In this document: piece after piece, positions 28,604-38,533 of the stretch
How the letters are laid out: each line of letters opens with the position of its first letter
How positions within the stretch are numbered: position 1 is the first letter of the stretch
Origin: Nitrospirota bacterium
Lineage (GTDB): Bacteria; Nitrospirota; Thermodesulfovibrionia; UBA6902; DSMQ01
NCBI GenBank assembly: GCA_016212185.1
Contig: JACRGX010000002.1
Span: 3,760-67,759, forward strand
DNA length: 64,000 nt
Direction: 5' to 3'
Program-made: the position numbers and the translations under genes
The notes under the pieces: model-generated
Databases searched by the model: none
What the model saw: the letters and a program-made list of their open reading frames with translations, nothing else
Told to the model about the DNA's origin: nothing

Positions 28604-30607
28604 CTACTTAACCATCTGAACGTATGGTACTTTCTTTAACTCCCATTTGTTAGTCTCTGCATCATACCTGGAGTTTGTAAAGCATTTCCAGTTCGCATCA
28701 TCAATCTTGTTGTGGTCGCCTCTGTAGTAGTAACCCGGATATCTGGATTCTTCCCTGAAGAGGATATGCCTTGCATGCGCCTCTACCGACAGAATTCTGT
28801 GGTAGTTTTCAAAGCACCTTAAGAGCTCATGGAGGTCTTTTGCTGCCATTTTGCATGCATCCTCTTTAAGCATCTCAAGCAGTCTTAAACCTTCCTCAAG
28901 CATGGTCTTTGAGGTCATGTACCATGTGGCTACACCGCCAAAGTATTCATCAGAGATCTTCATCAATCTTGCCTGGAGAGCTTTTGGTCCGATATAGTTA
29001 GGATTGACGCCTGGTTCGGTTGTATAGGTTTTGTGTTTTTCATAAATCTCAAACGGCATATACAGTTCAGCTGCGATTTCGTCAAGAGACAGTTTTGGTG
29101 ATGGCTTATAGCTTGCATTATCAAGGATGTAAGCTATTGCAGCCTTTGCCGCCTGCCTGCCTTCTGCATGAGAACCGGATGAGAATTTGTGGCCTGAGGC
29201 GCCTACAACGTCGCCTGCCATAAAGAGACCGGGTACGGTAGACATCCTGTTATATCCCCAACTGTAATGTGCCGGTGTGCCGGGAAGATCGCCGGGTCCG
29301 CTTACCCAGAATCCCGCGCAGCCTGCGTGTGAACCTAAGAGATACGGCTCTGTCGGCATGATTTCGGAAACAGACTTATCCGGCTCAATATTCTTTGCCG
29401 CCCAGAGAGACGCCTGTCCGATAGCCATGTCAAGGAAGTCTTCCCATGCCTCTGCCTCAAGGTGTTTCATTTTCTTGGCGCCTTCTTTGTCGCCAAGTTT
29501 CTCTTTAAAGGCTGTGCCTAATGCTGCCATAGCCGCAGGGGTCTGCATAAGGATCGGGCCTCTGCCGTCCTTCATAGCCCGCATCATGAGATGGTTTCTT
29601 ATAGCCGTGCCGAGACCTTTTGCATAGTCTCCATATCTGGCAACTGCGTCATCAAAATATTCCTTGTCCGCACAGTAATCGTTGCCATAGCTGTCTGTAG
29701 CCTTTGCTTTGAAGAACAAGAACCAGGCGCCGACAGGACCATATCCGTCTTTAAATCTTGCAGGTACGAATCTGTTCTCCATTAATGTCAGCTCAGCGCC
29801 GGCCTGCATTCCGAAGGCGTATCCTGAACCGCAGCTAAATACCGGGTACCAGGTCCTTCCCATACCTTCACCAACCGACCTCGGCCTGAAGCAGTTGACT
29901 GCTCCGGCAGTCGCGCAGATCATTGCCTTTGCCTTGAAGGAGTAAATCTTATTTTCTCTCGTGCTGAATCCTATAGCTGCTGCCACGTTCTTGCCGTTTG
30001 TGTCCTTTACGGCCTTCACGATGAAAACCCTTTCAAAATGGTTCTGCGCCATACCGGTTTTTTCACGGTTGGTCTGAAGCGCCTTCTTTGCAGCTTCTGC
30101 AACAACAACTTTATAGGATTCGCCATTGATCATTATCTGCCATTTACCTGACCTGACCGGCATGCCGCCGTCCTTCAGTGATGCCTTTCCTGCATCCTTT
30201 GCCTGAAATCCGTCAAGCGAAAAACCGTCATCGCCTTTTTTCCAGATAGGAAGCCCCCACTCCTCAAAGAGCTGGACGCTGTCATCAACGTGCCTTCCGA
30301 GGTCAAACACCAGGTCTTCTCTGATAATGCCCATAAGGTCGTTTCTGACATATCTTACATAGTCTTCAACTTTGTTCTCACCGATATAGGTATTGATGGC
30401 TGACAGACCCATTGCAACCGCGCCGCTTCTGTCTGTTGCGGCTTTGTCAACGAGGACCACCTTCAGTCCCTTTTCATTGGCCCAGCGGCATGCCTCATAA
30501 GCTGCGCCGCAGCCGGCCATACCGCCGCCCATGATCAGGAGATCACATTCAACTTCTGTTACTTCGGGTCTCTTACAATATGAAAATGTACAGGTTTCTT
30601 TTTCCAT
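28604..30607 (-). CDS. aprA: Adenylylsulfate reductase alpha subunit
   Basis: SGAVAMGLSAINTY, WQIMINGESYK, ENRFVPARFKDGYGPVG, HKFSSGS, EESRYPG. Confidence 0.97.
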   Translation of the reverse strand: MEKETCTFSYCKRPEVTEVECDLLIMGGGMAGCGAAYEACRWANEKGLKVVLVDKAATDRSGAVAMGLSAINTYIGENKVEDYVRYVRNDLMGIIREDLVFDLGRHVDDSVQLFEEWGLPIWKKGDDGFSLDGFQAKDAGKASLKDGGMPVRSGKWQIMINGESYKVVVAEAAKKALQTNREKTGMAQNHFERVFIVKAVKDTNGKNVAAAIGFSTRENKIYSFKAKAMICATAGAVNCFRPRSVGEGMGRTWYPVFSCGSGYAFGMQAGAELTLMENRFVPARFKDGYGPVGAWFLFFKAKATDSYGNDYCADKEYFDDAVARYGDYAKGLGTAIRNHLMMRAMKDGRGPILMQTPAAMAALGTAFKEKLGDKEGAKKMKHLEAEAWEDFLDMAIGQASLWAAKNIEPDKSVSEIMPTEPYLLGSHAGCAGFWVSGPGDLPGTPAHYSWGYNRMSTVPGLFMAGDVVGASGHKFSSGSHAEGRQAAKAAIAYILDNASYKPSPKLSLDEIAAELYMPFEIYEKHKTYTTEPGVNPNYIGPKALQARLMKISDEYFGGVATWYMTSKTMLEEGLRLLEMLKEDACKMAAKDLHELLRCFENYHRILSVEAHARHILFREESRYPGYYYRGDHNKIDDANWKCFTNSRYDAETNKWELKKVPYVQMVK

Positions 30608-30627
30608 TATTTTTTCACCTCCTTAAA

Positions 30628-31047
30628 TTATTCTTTCCTTGCCGGGCTATTAAAAAACCCGGGTTGTTTAATAGTTGAGAAGTCAGGCGCCGGTTTTCCT
30701 TTATATGGATCAACGGAACCTTCTACGGTAGTTCTGATGGGGAATTTGAATCTCTTCAGAATTCCATTCCTAAATTTAATTGTCCACATAATGGAGTCAG
30801 TGCCTCTCAAAGGGATGGTACTGGAGCCGAGGGGAACGAAGTCTGAATACCCCCTTACTTCTATAGCCTGCTGAGGGCATATTTTTACACAGTTAAAGCA
30901 CTCCCAGCACTGCTCGGGTTCCTGATTGTAAGCCTTCATCTTTTCTCTGTCCAGGGCCATCAAATCATGAGGACAAATATACTGACATGCAGTCTTATCC
31001 TGCGCCTTGCAGCCGTCACATTTTTCTGTGATTACAAAACTTGGCAT
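30628..31047 (-). CDS. aprB: Adenylylsulfate reductase beta subunit
   Basis: MPSFV...CDGC...CQYICP, CWECFNCVKICP, IMWTIKFRNG. Confidence 0.97.
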   Translation of the reverse strand: MPSFVITEKCDGCKAQDKTACQYICPHDLMALDREKMKAYNQEPEQCWECFNCVKICPQQAIEVRGYSDFVPLGSSTIPLRGTDSIMWTIKFRNGILKRFKFPIRTTVEGSVDPYKGKPAPDFSTIKQPGFFNSPARKE

Positions 31048-31170
31048 AATCTAACCTCCTAACTTAAGTTAATTGAGTTTGAAAACTTTTTTATGGTTTT
31101 AAAAACCATCTAATACTGCTTCTAACTTCACCCCCTCTCGTTAATTAATAATTGAAAATTGTTAATTGCC

Positions 31171-32388
31171 TTATTTTATTCCTTCTGAATATTTGTGGGT
31201 CTTTATCTCAACCTTCTCTGTCAGACCTGAATAGTATTCCCTTAATATCTCCAGAACCTCAGGACGGCTGAAGTGGTCGGGAACGGTCTCTCCCTCTGAA
31301 AGCATCTTCCTTAACTTTGTGCCGCTAAGAAGCATCCTGTCTTCCTTGCCGTGGCAGCAGGTCCTCATTGATGACATGCCGTCGCACTTTGTACAGTAGA
31401 ACGTCCAGTCTATTTTCAACGGCTTTGTCTCAAGGGCATCCTTTGGTATCTCATCAAATATCTTCTGTGCATCAAACGGACCGTAGTATTCACCGACGCC
31501 TGCATGGTCGCGCCCGATAATCTGATGGCTGCAGCCGTAGTTCTGCCTGAACAATGCATGCAGTAATGCCTCGCGGGGTCCTGCATATCTCATGTCAAGC
31601 GGATAGCCGGCCTGAATGCTTGTATCCTTTACAAAGTAAAGCTCTGTCAATTTGTCTATCGCCTTTACCCTGACTTCTGCCGGTATATCGCCGGATTTTA
31701 ATTTTCCCAAAAGCTGATGAATCAGTACGCCGTCGCATGTCTCAATTGCAATCTTTGCAAGATATTCGTGAGACCTGTGCATGGGGTTCCTTAACTGAAG
31801 GCATGCAACCGTGCTCCAGCCTTTTGCCTCAAATATTTTTCTGGTCTCAGCAGGCCTCATATAAACTCCCGCAAACTGCTTCGGGAACATTCCCTCGCTT
31901 AACACCTTAACCGTGCCGCTTAAGTTTACTTCTTCCTGCCCCATTACCTTTGCCACTCCGGGGTGTTCCATATCAGTCGTCTTAAAGACCTGCTTGCATT
32001 CATGCGCCTTGTCTATTTTGTATTTATCCTGAACCTTCATTGTGGCCATAAGTTCGCCGGATTCTTCATCTATAAGGGCTATTTCCTGTCCATTCTTTAT
32101 GCTGTTAGCCTGTCCCTCCGATGTGGAAAGCGTCACAGGAATAGGCCAGAAAGTTCCGTCTGCCATTTTATAATTATCACAAACACCCTTCCAGTCGTCG
32201 TGTCCCATAAAGCCCGTAAGCGGAGTGAATCCTCCGATGCCCATCATTATGAGGTCGCCTGTCTCCCTTGAAGCGGTCCTTACCTCAAGAAGAGTCTTCG
32301 CCTTTTTCTTTTCCTCTGCAAGCTCCTGGCCCTCAAGCAAAAGGGGCTTTAATTTTTTTGCTTTGCCGTGCGGATTTACAAGTGACAT
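31171..32388 (-). CDS. sat: Sulfate adenylyltransferase
   Basis: [38 protein letters not shown]. Confidence 0.97.
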   Translation of the reverse strand: MSLVNPHGKAKKLKPLLLEGQELAEEKKKAKTLLEVRTASRETGDLIMMGIGGFTPLTGFMGHDDWKGVCDNYKMADGTFWPIPVTLSTSEGQANSIKNGQEIALIDEESGELMATMKVQDKYKIDKAHECKQVFKTTDMEHPGVAKVMGQEEVNLSGTVKVLSEGMFPKQFAGVYMRPAETRKIFEAKGWSTVACLQLRNPMHRSHEYLAKIAIETCDGVLIHQLLGKLKSGDIPAEVRVKAIDKLTELYFVKDTSIQAGYPLDMRYAGPREALLHALFRQNYGCSHQIIGRDHAGVGEYYGPFDAQKIFDEIPKDALETKPLKIDWTFYCTKCDGMSSMRTCCHGKEDRMLLSGTKLRKMLSEGETVPDHFSRPEVLEILREYYSGLTEKVEIKTHKYSEGIK

Positions 32389-32485
32389 TTCTCCTCCTTA
32401 ATATATTTTGGATTTTGTTTATACGTTCAAGGTTCTGTTGTCAACCCATTTAAACAACATTGAACTGTTTGAACTTATTTTTAAG

Positions 32486-33130
32486 TTATTTTCCCAGCAA
32501 ACTGCATACCTTATTGAAAATATCATCAATGCCGCCGGTGCCCATTACCGATTTCAGTATTCCGCCTTTTTTGTAATAATCAATCAGCGGCGCAGTCTGG
32601 GCCTCGTACACATCAAGCCTTCTTTTTATCGTTTCTTCCTTGTCATCATCCCTCTGGAAAAGCTCTCCCCCGCATTTGTCGCACACTGTGTTCTTTTTGG
32701 ACGGGGAAAAATATACGTTATACATCTGCTGACAGCCCCTGCAGGTCCTTCTGCCGGTAAGTCTTTTCATGAGGTCGTCTTTTGGGACCTCAACGCTTAA
32801 GGCTGAATCAAGAGGCATGTTCAGTTTCTTCAGCATTGCATCAAGCGTCTCGGCCTGCGCGGTATTGCGCGGGAATCCGTCAAGTATAAAACCCTTCTTG
32901 CAGTCCGGCTGTTTCAGCCGGTCCTCAATCAGTCCTATGACGACCTTATCCGGCACGAGTTCCCCCTTGTCCATATAAGACTTTGCCTCTTTGCCGAGCG
33001 GGGTTCCGTCTGCTACTGCCTTTCTGAGGATATCACCGGTAGATATCTGTGGGATGCCGTATTTCTCAATAAGTTTTTTTGCCTGAGTCCCTTTGCCGGC
33101 ACCCGGCGCACCTAACAATACAAGTCTCAT
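32486..33130 (-). CDS. adk: Adenylate kinase with Zn-binding lid
   Basis: GAPGAGKGT, ISTGDILR, LDGFPR, CxxC...CxxC lid, RDDD. Confidence 0.97.
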   Translation of the reverse strand: MRLVLLGAPGAGKGTQAKKLIEKYGIPQISTGDILRKAVADGTPLGKEAKSYMDKGELVPDKVVIGLIEDRLKQPDCKKGFILDGFPRNTAQAETLDAMLKKLNMPLDSALSVEVPKDDLMKRLTGRRTCRGCQQMYNVYFSPSKKNTVCDKCGGELFQRDDDKEETIKRRLDVYEAQTAPLIDYYKKGGILKSVMGTGGIDDIFNKVCSLLGK

Positions 33131-33318
33131 TCACACCTCCGGAAAAAATATTTTTATATAATCAAAAAAATAGAACGCTGTCTTTTTCACAACAAAACTA
33201 TTGAATTGCAAGGCAGATTGTTGTGTGGTATTATCTTTCCAATACCAAAAAAAGTAAGTATAATATGATGAAGTGACGGTATTCAGTCAACATAAAAATT
33301 TAAATTAAAATATAATCT

Positions 33319-33693
33319 TTGCTTATAAAAACAGGAAACTACTTGAAATTAAAAGAAATTGCAAGACTGCTTGATGCAGAGGTAATATCAGATTCCGCAG
33401 ATCTGGATGCTGATATCATGCTGGTATACAGCAGCGACTTAATGAGCGACGTGCTTTTTTTTGCGCCCCCTGACTGCATACTAATTACCGGACTTACACA
33501 TCCGCATGTGATACGCACTGCCGAGATTACCCGCATAAACGCCATTGTCTTTGTTCAAAACAAAAAACCTGACAGCGAGACTGTTGAACTTGCTAAAAAA
33601 AAGAATATCCATTTGCTTGTCACACCGCTGTCCAAATTCGCCGCATGCGGAAGGCTGTACATGAACGGCATACGCGATTGTTCTGAAAAATAA
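33319..33693 (+). CDS. DRTGG-domain protein
   Basis: SDLMSDVL...LITGL motif; true start may be the TTG at ~33343. Confidence 0.8.
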   Translation: MLIKTGNYLKLKEIARLLDAEVISDSADLDADIMLVYSSDLMSDVLFFAPPDCILITGLTHPHVIRTAEITRINAIVFVQNKKPDSETVELAKKKNIHLLVTPLSKFAACGRLYMNGIRDCSEK

Positions 33694-33696
33694 CAT

Positions 33697-34128
33697 ATGG
33701 CTATTTCTCAATCAATAGAAGGAAGTTTTCAGCTTATCGGAGGCAATTTTGACAATGCCGGCGAGGCGTCAATTAAATTGAAGCAGGAGCTTGCGCGTCT
33801 TGGATTGAATGAGGAAATCATACGAAGGGTTGCAATCGTGACCTTTGAGGCTGAGATAAATGTAATAATTTACGCCGCGGCCGGCTGGCTTCATTATGCC
33901 ATCACACTGGAGCAGATAAAAATTAAAGTGGAAGATATGGGGCCCGGCATTGAAAATATTGAACTGGCGATGCAGGAAGGCTATTCCACCGCGCCGGACT
34001 GGGTAAGGGAGCTGGGCTGGGGCGCAGGCATGGGGCTTCCGAATATGAAAAAAAACTCGGATGAATTTAAGATTGACTCGGTTGTCGGCGAAGGGACCAC
34101 GGTTGAGATGGTGATAAATATTAAATAA
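33697..34128 (+). CDS. Anti-sigma-factor-like Ser/Thr kinase (HATPase)
   Basis: EAEINV, DMGPGI, GYST, GAGMGLPNMK. Confidence 0.85.
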   Translation: MAISQSIEGSFQLIGGNFDNAGEASIKLKQELARLGLNEEIIRRVAIVTFEAEINVIIYAAAGWLHYAITLEQIKIKVEDMGPGIENIELAMQEGYSTAPDWVRELGWGAGMGLPNMKKNSDEFKIDSVVGEGTTVEMVINIK

Positions 34129-34147
34129 AGGAATCAGGAGGTGCGCT

Positions 34148-34492
34148 GTGAAACTTAACGATATTGTCAATAAACTGCCTCTGAAAGTTAACTCATACAG
34201 CGACGGGCTTCAGAAAGATGTAAGCGGCGGATATTCAAGCGACCTGCTTTCAGATGTACTGGCAAACAGCAGGGAAGGTAATGTCTGGATTACACTTCAG
34301 ACTAACTTAAATATAGTTGCCGTCGCAAGCGTAAAAAACCTTGCAGGCATAATCATTGTCAGCAGTAAAAAGCCTCCGGAGGAGACACTGAAAAAAGCAG
34401 AGGAGGAAAAAATTACAATTATGACAACCTCCATGCCGGCATTTGAAACAGCAGGGAGAATTTATCAGCTTCTACAAGGAAAAAACGTTTAA
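34148..34492 (+). CDS. DRTGG-domain protein
   Basis: GGYSSDLLSDVL, WITLQTNLNIVAVA. Confidence 0.8.
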   Translation: MKLNDIVNKLPLKVNSYSDGLQKDVSGGYSSDLLSDVLANSREGNVWITLQTNLNIVAVASVKNLAGIIIVSSKKPPEETLKKAEEEKITIMTTSMPAFETAGRIYQLLQGKNV

Positions 34493-34632
34493 ATTGTTCA
34501 AACGTTAAAATCGTTCAATTTATCTGCAATGTTCAACCATATTAAACCATTTAAACCATTTGAACATTTTGAACAGATTAAACTAAACGAATATTTTTAA
34601 AACTTGCAAACAGTTCACTGGAATAAAAAATC

Positions 34633-35382
34633 ATGGAAACGCTCCGGACATTCAAGGCTGACCTGCACATCCATACATGCCTGTCTCCGTGCGCTGACAT
34701 CGGCATAACGCCTTCAACAATTGTGAAACGGGCAATTGAAAAAGGCATAGACATCATTGCCGTCACGGACCACAATTCCGCTGAAAATACTGCGGCGGCA
34801 AAAAAAGCCGCAGAAGGCACAGGGCTTACGGTCCTTGCCGGAATGGAAATCGCCTCTTCGGAAGAGGCTCACATTTTGGCGCTCTTTGATGACATTGAAG
34901 GCATCATGAGACTTCAGGATATAGTTTATATGAATCTGATGCCCGGAAAAAATGACGAAAAGAGATTCGGCTATCAAATAGTCGCGGATGAAAATGACGT
35001 AGTGCTGGGTTTCAACAAACGCCTGCTTATAGGAGCCGCATTACTGACCGCCCATTCAATAGTAAAAATAATTCATCTGTTCGGAGGGCTTGCAATAGCA
35101 TCGCATATTGACAGGAGTTTTTTCAGCGTCATATCCCAGTTCGGCTTCATCCCCGAGGATATAAAATTTGATGCGCTGGAGATATCTTTCAGGCTGTCAC
35201 GGGAAGAGGCCGAGAGAAAATTCAGGGAATATAACCATATCCCGTGGATATCAGCGTCTGATTCGCATAGGATAGACGACATCGGCGCAAGGACCTCAAC
35301 ATTTTTCATAAAAGAACCTACAATAGCCGAGCTATCTTCCGCCTTTAAAAATATTGACGGAAGAAAAGTGGAGTGGGGGTAG
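34633..35382 (+). CDS. PHP-domain phosphoesterase
   Basis: ADLHIHTCLSPC, TDHN, GMEI, SHID, SDSH. Confidence 0.88.
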   Translation: METLRTFKADLHIHTCLSPCADIGITPSTIVKRAIEKGIDIIAVTDHNSAENTAAAKKAAEGTGLTVLAGMEIASSEEAHILALFDDIEGIMRLQDIVYMNLMPGKNDEKRFGYQIVADENDVVLGFNKRLLIGAALLTAHSIVKIIHLFGGLAIASHIDRSFFSVISQFGFIPEDIKFDALEISFRLSREEAERKFREYNHIPWISASDSHRIDDIGARTSTFFIKEPTIAELSSAFKNIDGRKVEWG

Positions 35383-35387
35383 AGACT

Positions 35388-35527
35388 TGGGGTCAGGTCT
35401 TCATTCTTCACTTAATCCCCCTTCCAAAACAAATAAATATGACGGTTCTATTTTTTTATTTCTTTCCATCTTTTAAAACCCCTTTTCCATCCTCTCCCTA
35501 CCTCTCTGACAGAAAAATTATTTATAT
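35388..35527. repeat. ~140-bp dispersed repeat, copy 1
   Basis: Starts TGGGGTCAGGTCTTCATTCTTCACTTA; similar to 46828-46960. Confidence 0.8.
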
Positions 35528-35622
35528 AGTTAGGCGCTATAAAATCTTTATAATACTGCCCGTTAATTTCTTTTGTAGCCATGAAAATCATATTCTGCTA
35601 TAATCCGTTTTAAAAACCGAGT

Positions 35623-36156
35623 ATGGAAGACCTTTCATTACACATTCTTGACGTCATAGAAAATTCAATAAACGCTGACGCGACAAAAATCCGGCTGACG
35701 ATAACTGAAGACACCGGCAAAAATCTCTTCAGCGTGGAAATAGCCGATAACGGCAGGGGAATGGATGAGAAAACAATAAAAATGGCTTATGACCCCTTTT
35801 TCACGACAAAAGCAAAGCGCACAGGGCTTGGCATCCCGTTTTTAGCAGATGCGGCAAGAGAAGCCGGCGGGGATATTTCCATCAAATCGGAAAGGGGCCA
35901 GGGCACAACCATCACCGCAAATTTCCGGCATGACCACATTGACAGAAAACCACTTGGAGAAATTGAAAAAACCATAATGGTTTTAATCGCCGCCAGTCCT
36001 CACATTGACTTCACATTTGAATTCAAAAGAAATGACAAAACCTATATAATTGATACGGCAGAAATTAAGGAAAAAATGGGGGATGTTCCTGTGAATGACC
36101 CTGAGATAATAAATTTTATTAAAGACGGTATAAGGCAGTGGCTAAAAGATACATAG
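35623..36156 (+). CDS. Histidine-kinase-like ATPase of the hnd-cluster type
   Basis: LSLHILDVIENS, DNGRGM, DPFFTTK, GLG, HIDRKPLG. Confidence 0.85.
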   Translation: MEDLSLHILDVIENSINADATKIRLTITEDTGKNLFSVEIADNGRGMDEKTIKMAYDPFFTTKAKRTGLGIPFLADAAREAGGDISIKSERGQGTTITANFRHDHIDRKPLGEIEKTIMVLIAASPHIDFTFEFKRNDKTYIIDTAEIKEKMGDVPVNDPEIINFIKDGIRQWLKDT

Positions 36157-36221
36157 GATATGATAATATATAACCTCAATAAGTCCCGTCATTCCGGTTT
36201 ATAAAAAGTTAGAAAGGGCTG

Positions 36222-36992
36222 ATGATGGAAAAAGGTAAAATCCTTGTACTTGATGATGACCCTATTGTAAGCCTGAGCTGTAAAAGGATATTAGGCGCAG
36301 AAGGCTACAATATAACTACAGTTGAAAGAGGAGAAGCCGCACTCAATAAAATATCCAAAGAGGATTTTGATCTGGTAATCGCTGACGTCAGGCTCCCTGA
36401 CATCAGCGGCCTGACCGTGCTTAAAGAGTCCCGCATAATCAAGCCTGAGACCGATGTCGTAATAATCACAGGTTACCCTACTCTTGAAGATGCAAAAGAA
36501 TCCATAACGTTAGGTGCCTCGGAATACATTGAAAAACCTTTTACGCCTGATTTCATGATAAATATAGCCAAGAAAGTCTTTGACACCAAAGGCTGGATAC
36601 TGAGGCAGGCATTTATTAATGACTTCAGGAATTACACAGTTCCCTCAAGGGACACGGAAAATCCCGTAATATTTTATAAAGAAGGCACATGGGCAAGACC
36701 GATTGATAATAACTTATGGGAGATAGGCTGTGACCTGAGATACTGGATTCTGACGGGCAATCTCATGTATGTTGATTTTATAAAAGACTTGGAAAAATTC
36801 ACGGCAGGCGAGCCCTTTGCAAGGATTTACACAGGCACAGGCCAAAGCAGCGAGCTCATGGCGCCGATGAACGGAGAACTTAGAGAGATAAATACAAAGG
36901 TCAATGATGTCATGGCAGTCTTATTGCAGGAACACCTTTCAGAGGGCTGGCTCATATGGCTGGCAAGGGTGTTTCCGTTGAGCACAGAGTAG
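36222..36992 (+). CDS. Response-regulator receiver fused to a glycine-cleavage-H-like domain
   Basis: REC motifs LDDD, IADVRLPD, ITGY, EKPF. C-terminus TWAR...EIG...GEPFA...APMNG...EIN...GWL. Confidence 0.75.
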   Translation: MMEKGKILVLDDDPIVSLSCKRILGAEGYNITTVERGEAALNKISKEDFDLVIADVRLPDISGLTVLKESRIIKPETDVVIITGYPTLEDAKESITLGASEYIEKPFTPDFMINIAKKVFDTKGWILRQAFINDFRNYTVPSRDTENPVIFYKEGTWARPIDNNLWEIGCDLRYWILTGNLMYVDFIKDLEKFTAGEPFARIYTGTGQSSELMAPMNGELREINTKVNDVMAVLLQEHLSEGWLIWLARVFPLSTE

Positions 36993-37114
36993 TGCGTTCA
37001 TAGCGCCTGCCTGCCGGTAGGCAGGTTCATAGCGTTTATTGCGTAAAGCGTAACAGGGAAATACACATTACTCATTACGGATTACGCATAACGGTTTTTT
37101 ATAAGGGAGAACTT

Positions 37115-38032
37115 ATGTCCGGCAGCGTGCTGGTAGTTGATGATGAGCTTGTTGTTATAAAAAGCTGTGAAAGAATCTTAAATGCTGAAGGCTACAATGT
37201 AGACAGCGCCTCCGGCGGCGCAGAGGCATTGCGCAAAATAGAAAAAACTAACTACGACCTCGTGCTCACCGACCTAAAAATGCCCGGAATGGACGGCATA
37301 ACACTGATCAAACTGATAAAAAGGGCCAAACCCGCACAGGGCATTGTAGTCATTACAGGCTATCCGACGCAGGAGACAATCAAAGAAGCTCTTGAGATGG
37401 GCATCATTGATTATGTGCCAAAGCCGTTTACTCCGGCAGTGCTTACAGATGTTACGCACAGGGCCTTTCAATGGATAAAGGGGACAGTTGCTGGAGAAAA
37501 ACCAAAAGAGGAATTCCCTCCTGCCATGATTGCCGAGCTTGACAGGGTCCTCAGGGAATATAAAAACAAGCCGGGCAACGCAATACCCGCGCTTCAGCGC
37601 GCACAGGAAATCGTCGGATACCTGCCGCCCTTAATACAAAAACGTATTGCAAAAGGTTTAAATATATCGCCGGCTGAGATTCACAGCATTGTTTCGTTTT
37701 ACTCATTCTTTACAATGAAGCCGCGGGGCGACCACACGGTAAGGGTATGTCTCGGGACTGCATGTTATGTTAAAGGAATTGAGACAATAATAGCCAAACT
37801 TAAAGATACGCTAATGATAGATGTCGGCGGAATAACGGCAGATAAGAAATTCTCTCTTGAGACCGTCAGATGCCTTGGCGCCTGCGGCCTCGCGCCTGTC
37901 ATGGTCATAGACCATGATACATACGGCTCATTGACTCAGAAAAAGGCGGTAGATGCCCTGAGCAACTATGCCTCACTGCAGACGGCGGCGCTGTCCGAAG
38001 AGAAAGAATTTGCAGACAGCAAAGGAGATTAA
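37115..38032 (+). CDS. Receiver domain fused to a NuoE/HndA-like [2Fe-2S] subunit
   Basis: VDDE, LTDLKMP, KPF; then SFYSFF, VCLGTAC, RCLGACGLAP. Confidence 0.9.
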   Translation: MSGSVLVVDDELVVIKSCERILNAEGYNVDSASGGAEALRKIEKTNYDLVLTDLKMPGMDGITLIKLIKRAKPAQGIVVITGYPTQETIKEALEMGIIDYVPKPFTPAVLTDVTHRAFQWIKGTVAGEKPKEEFPPAMIAELDRVLREYKNKPGNAIPALQRAQEIVGYLPPLIQKRIAKGLNISPAEIHSIVSFYSFFTMKPRGDHTVRVCLGTACYVKGIETIIAKLKDTLMIDVGGITADKKFSLETVRCLGACGLAPVMVIDHDTYGSLTQKKAVDALSNYASLQTAALSEEKEFADSKGD

Positions 38033-38034
38033 AA

Positions 38035-38418
38035 ATGACGAGACTGACGATAGATGACCTTCTAAAGATCAAAGAAAAACATCAGGCGGAATTTACCCTG
38101 AGAGAAGGCGGTTACAGGGCAAAAGTTACAGTCCACATGGGCACCTGCGGAATTGCGGCAGGCGCAAGGGCTGTCATGACTGCATTAATGGATGAAATTT
38201 CAAATGCCAGTGTAAAGGATGTCATAGTCACAACCTCGGGCTGCGCAGGGCTTTGCGCCCGTGAGCCCATGGCGACTGTTGAAATAATCAATCAGCCGCC
38301 AGTAAAATACTGCGACTTAAATGAAGATAAAATTAAACAGATATTCAAAGAACACATTATAGCAGGAACACCTGTTGAAAAATATGTGCTGGTAGCCGGT
38401 TGTGAAACAACATACTAA
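38035..38418 (+). CDS. Thioredoxin-like [2Fe-2S] ferredoxin (HndB-like)
   Basis: HMGTCGIAAGA, SGCAGLCAREP. Confidence 0.85.
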   Translation: MTRLTIDDLLKIKEKHQAEFTLREGGYRAKVTVHMGTCGIAAGARAVMTALMDEISNASVKDVIVTTSGCAGLCAREPMATVEIINQPPVKYCDLNEDKIKQIFKEHIIAGTPVEKYVLVAGCETTY

Positions 38419-38422
38419 AAAA

Positions 38423-38520
38423 AGGATTCAAGGGGTCAAGCGGTCAAGGATTCAAGTGATAGAAAACTACATTTTAAAAAATTGTCACTTGAACCCTGGA
38501 ATCCTGGAATCCTTGAACCC
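38423..38520. repeat. Tandem 8-mer inverted-repeat element
   Basis: GGATTCAAGGGGTCAAGCGGTCAAGGATTCAAGTG...CACTTGAACCCTGGAATCCTGGAATCCTTGAACCC. Confidence 0.85.
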
Positions 38521-38533
38521 TATTTAGGAGTCT

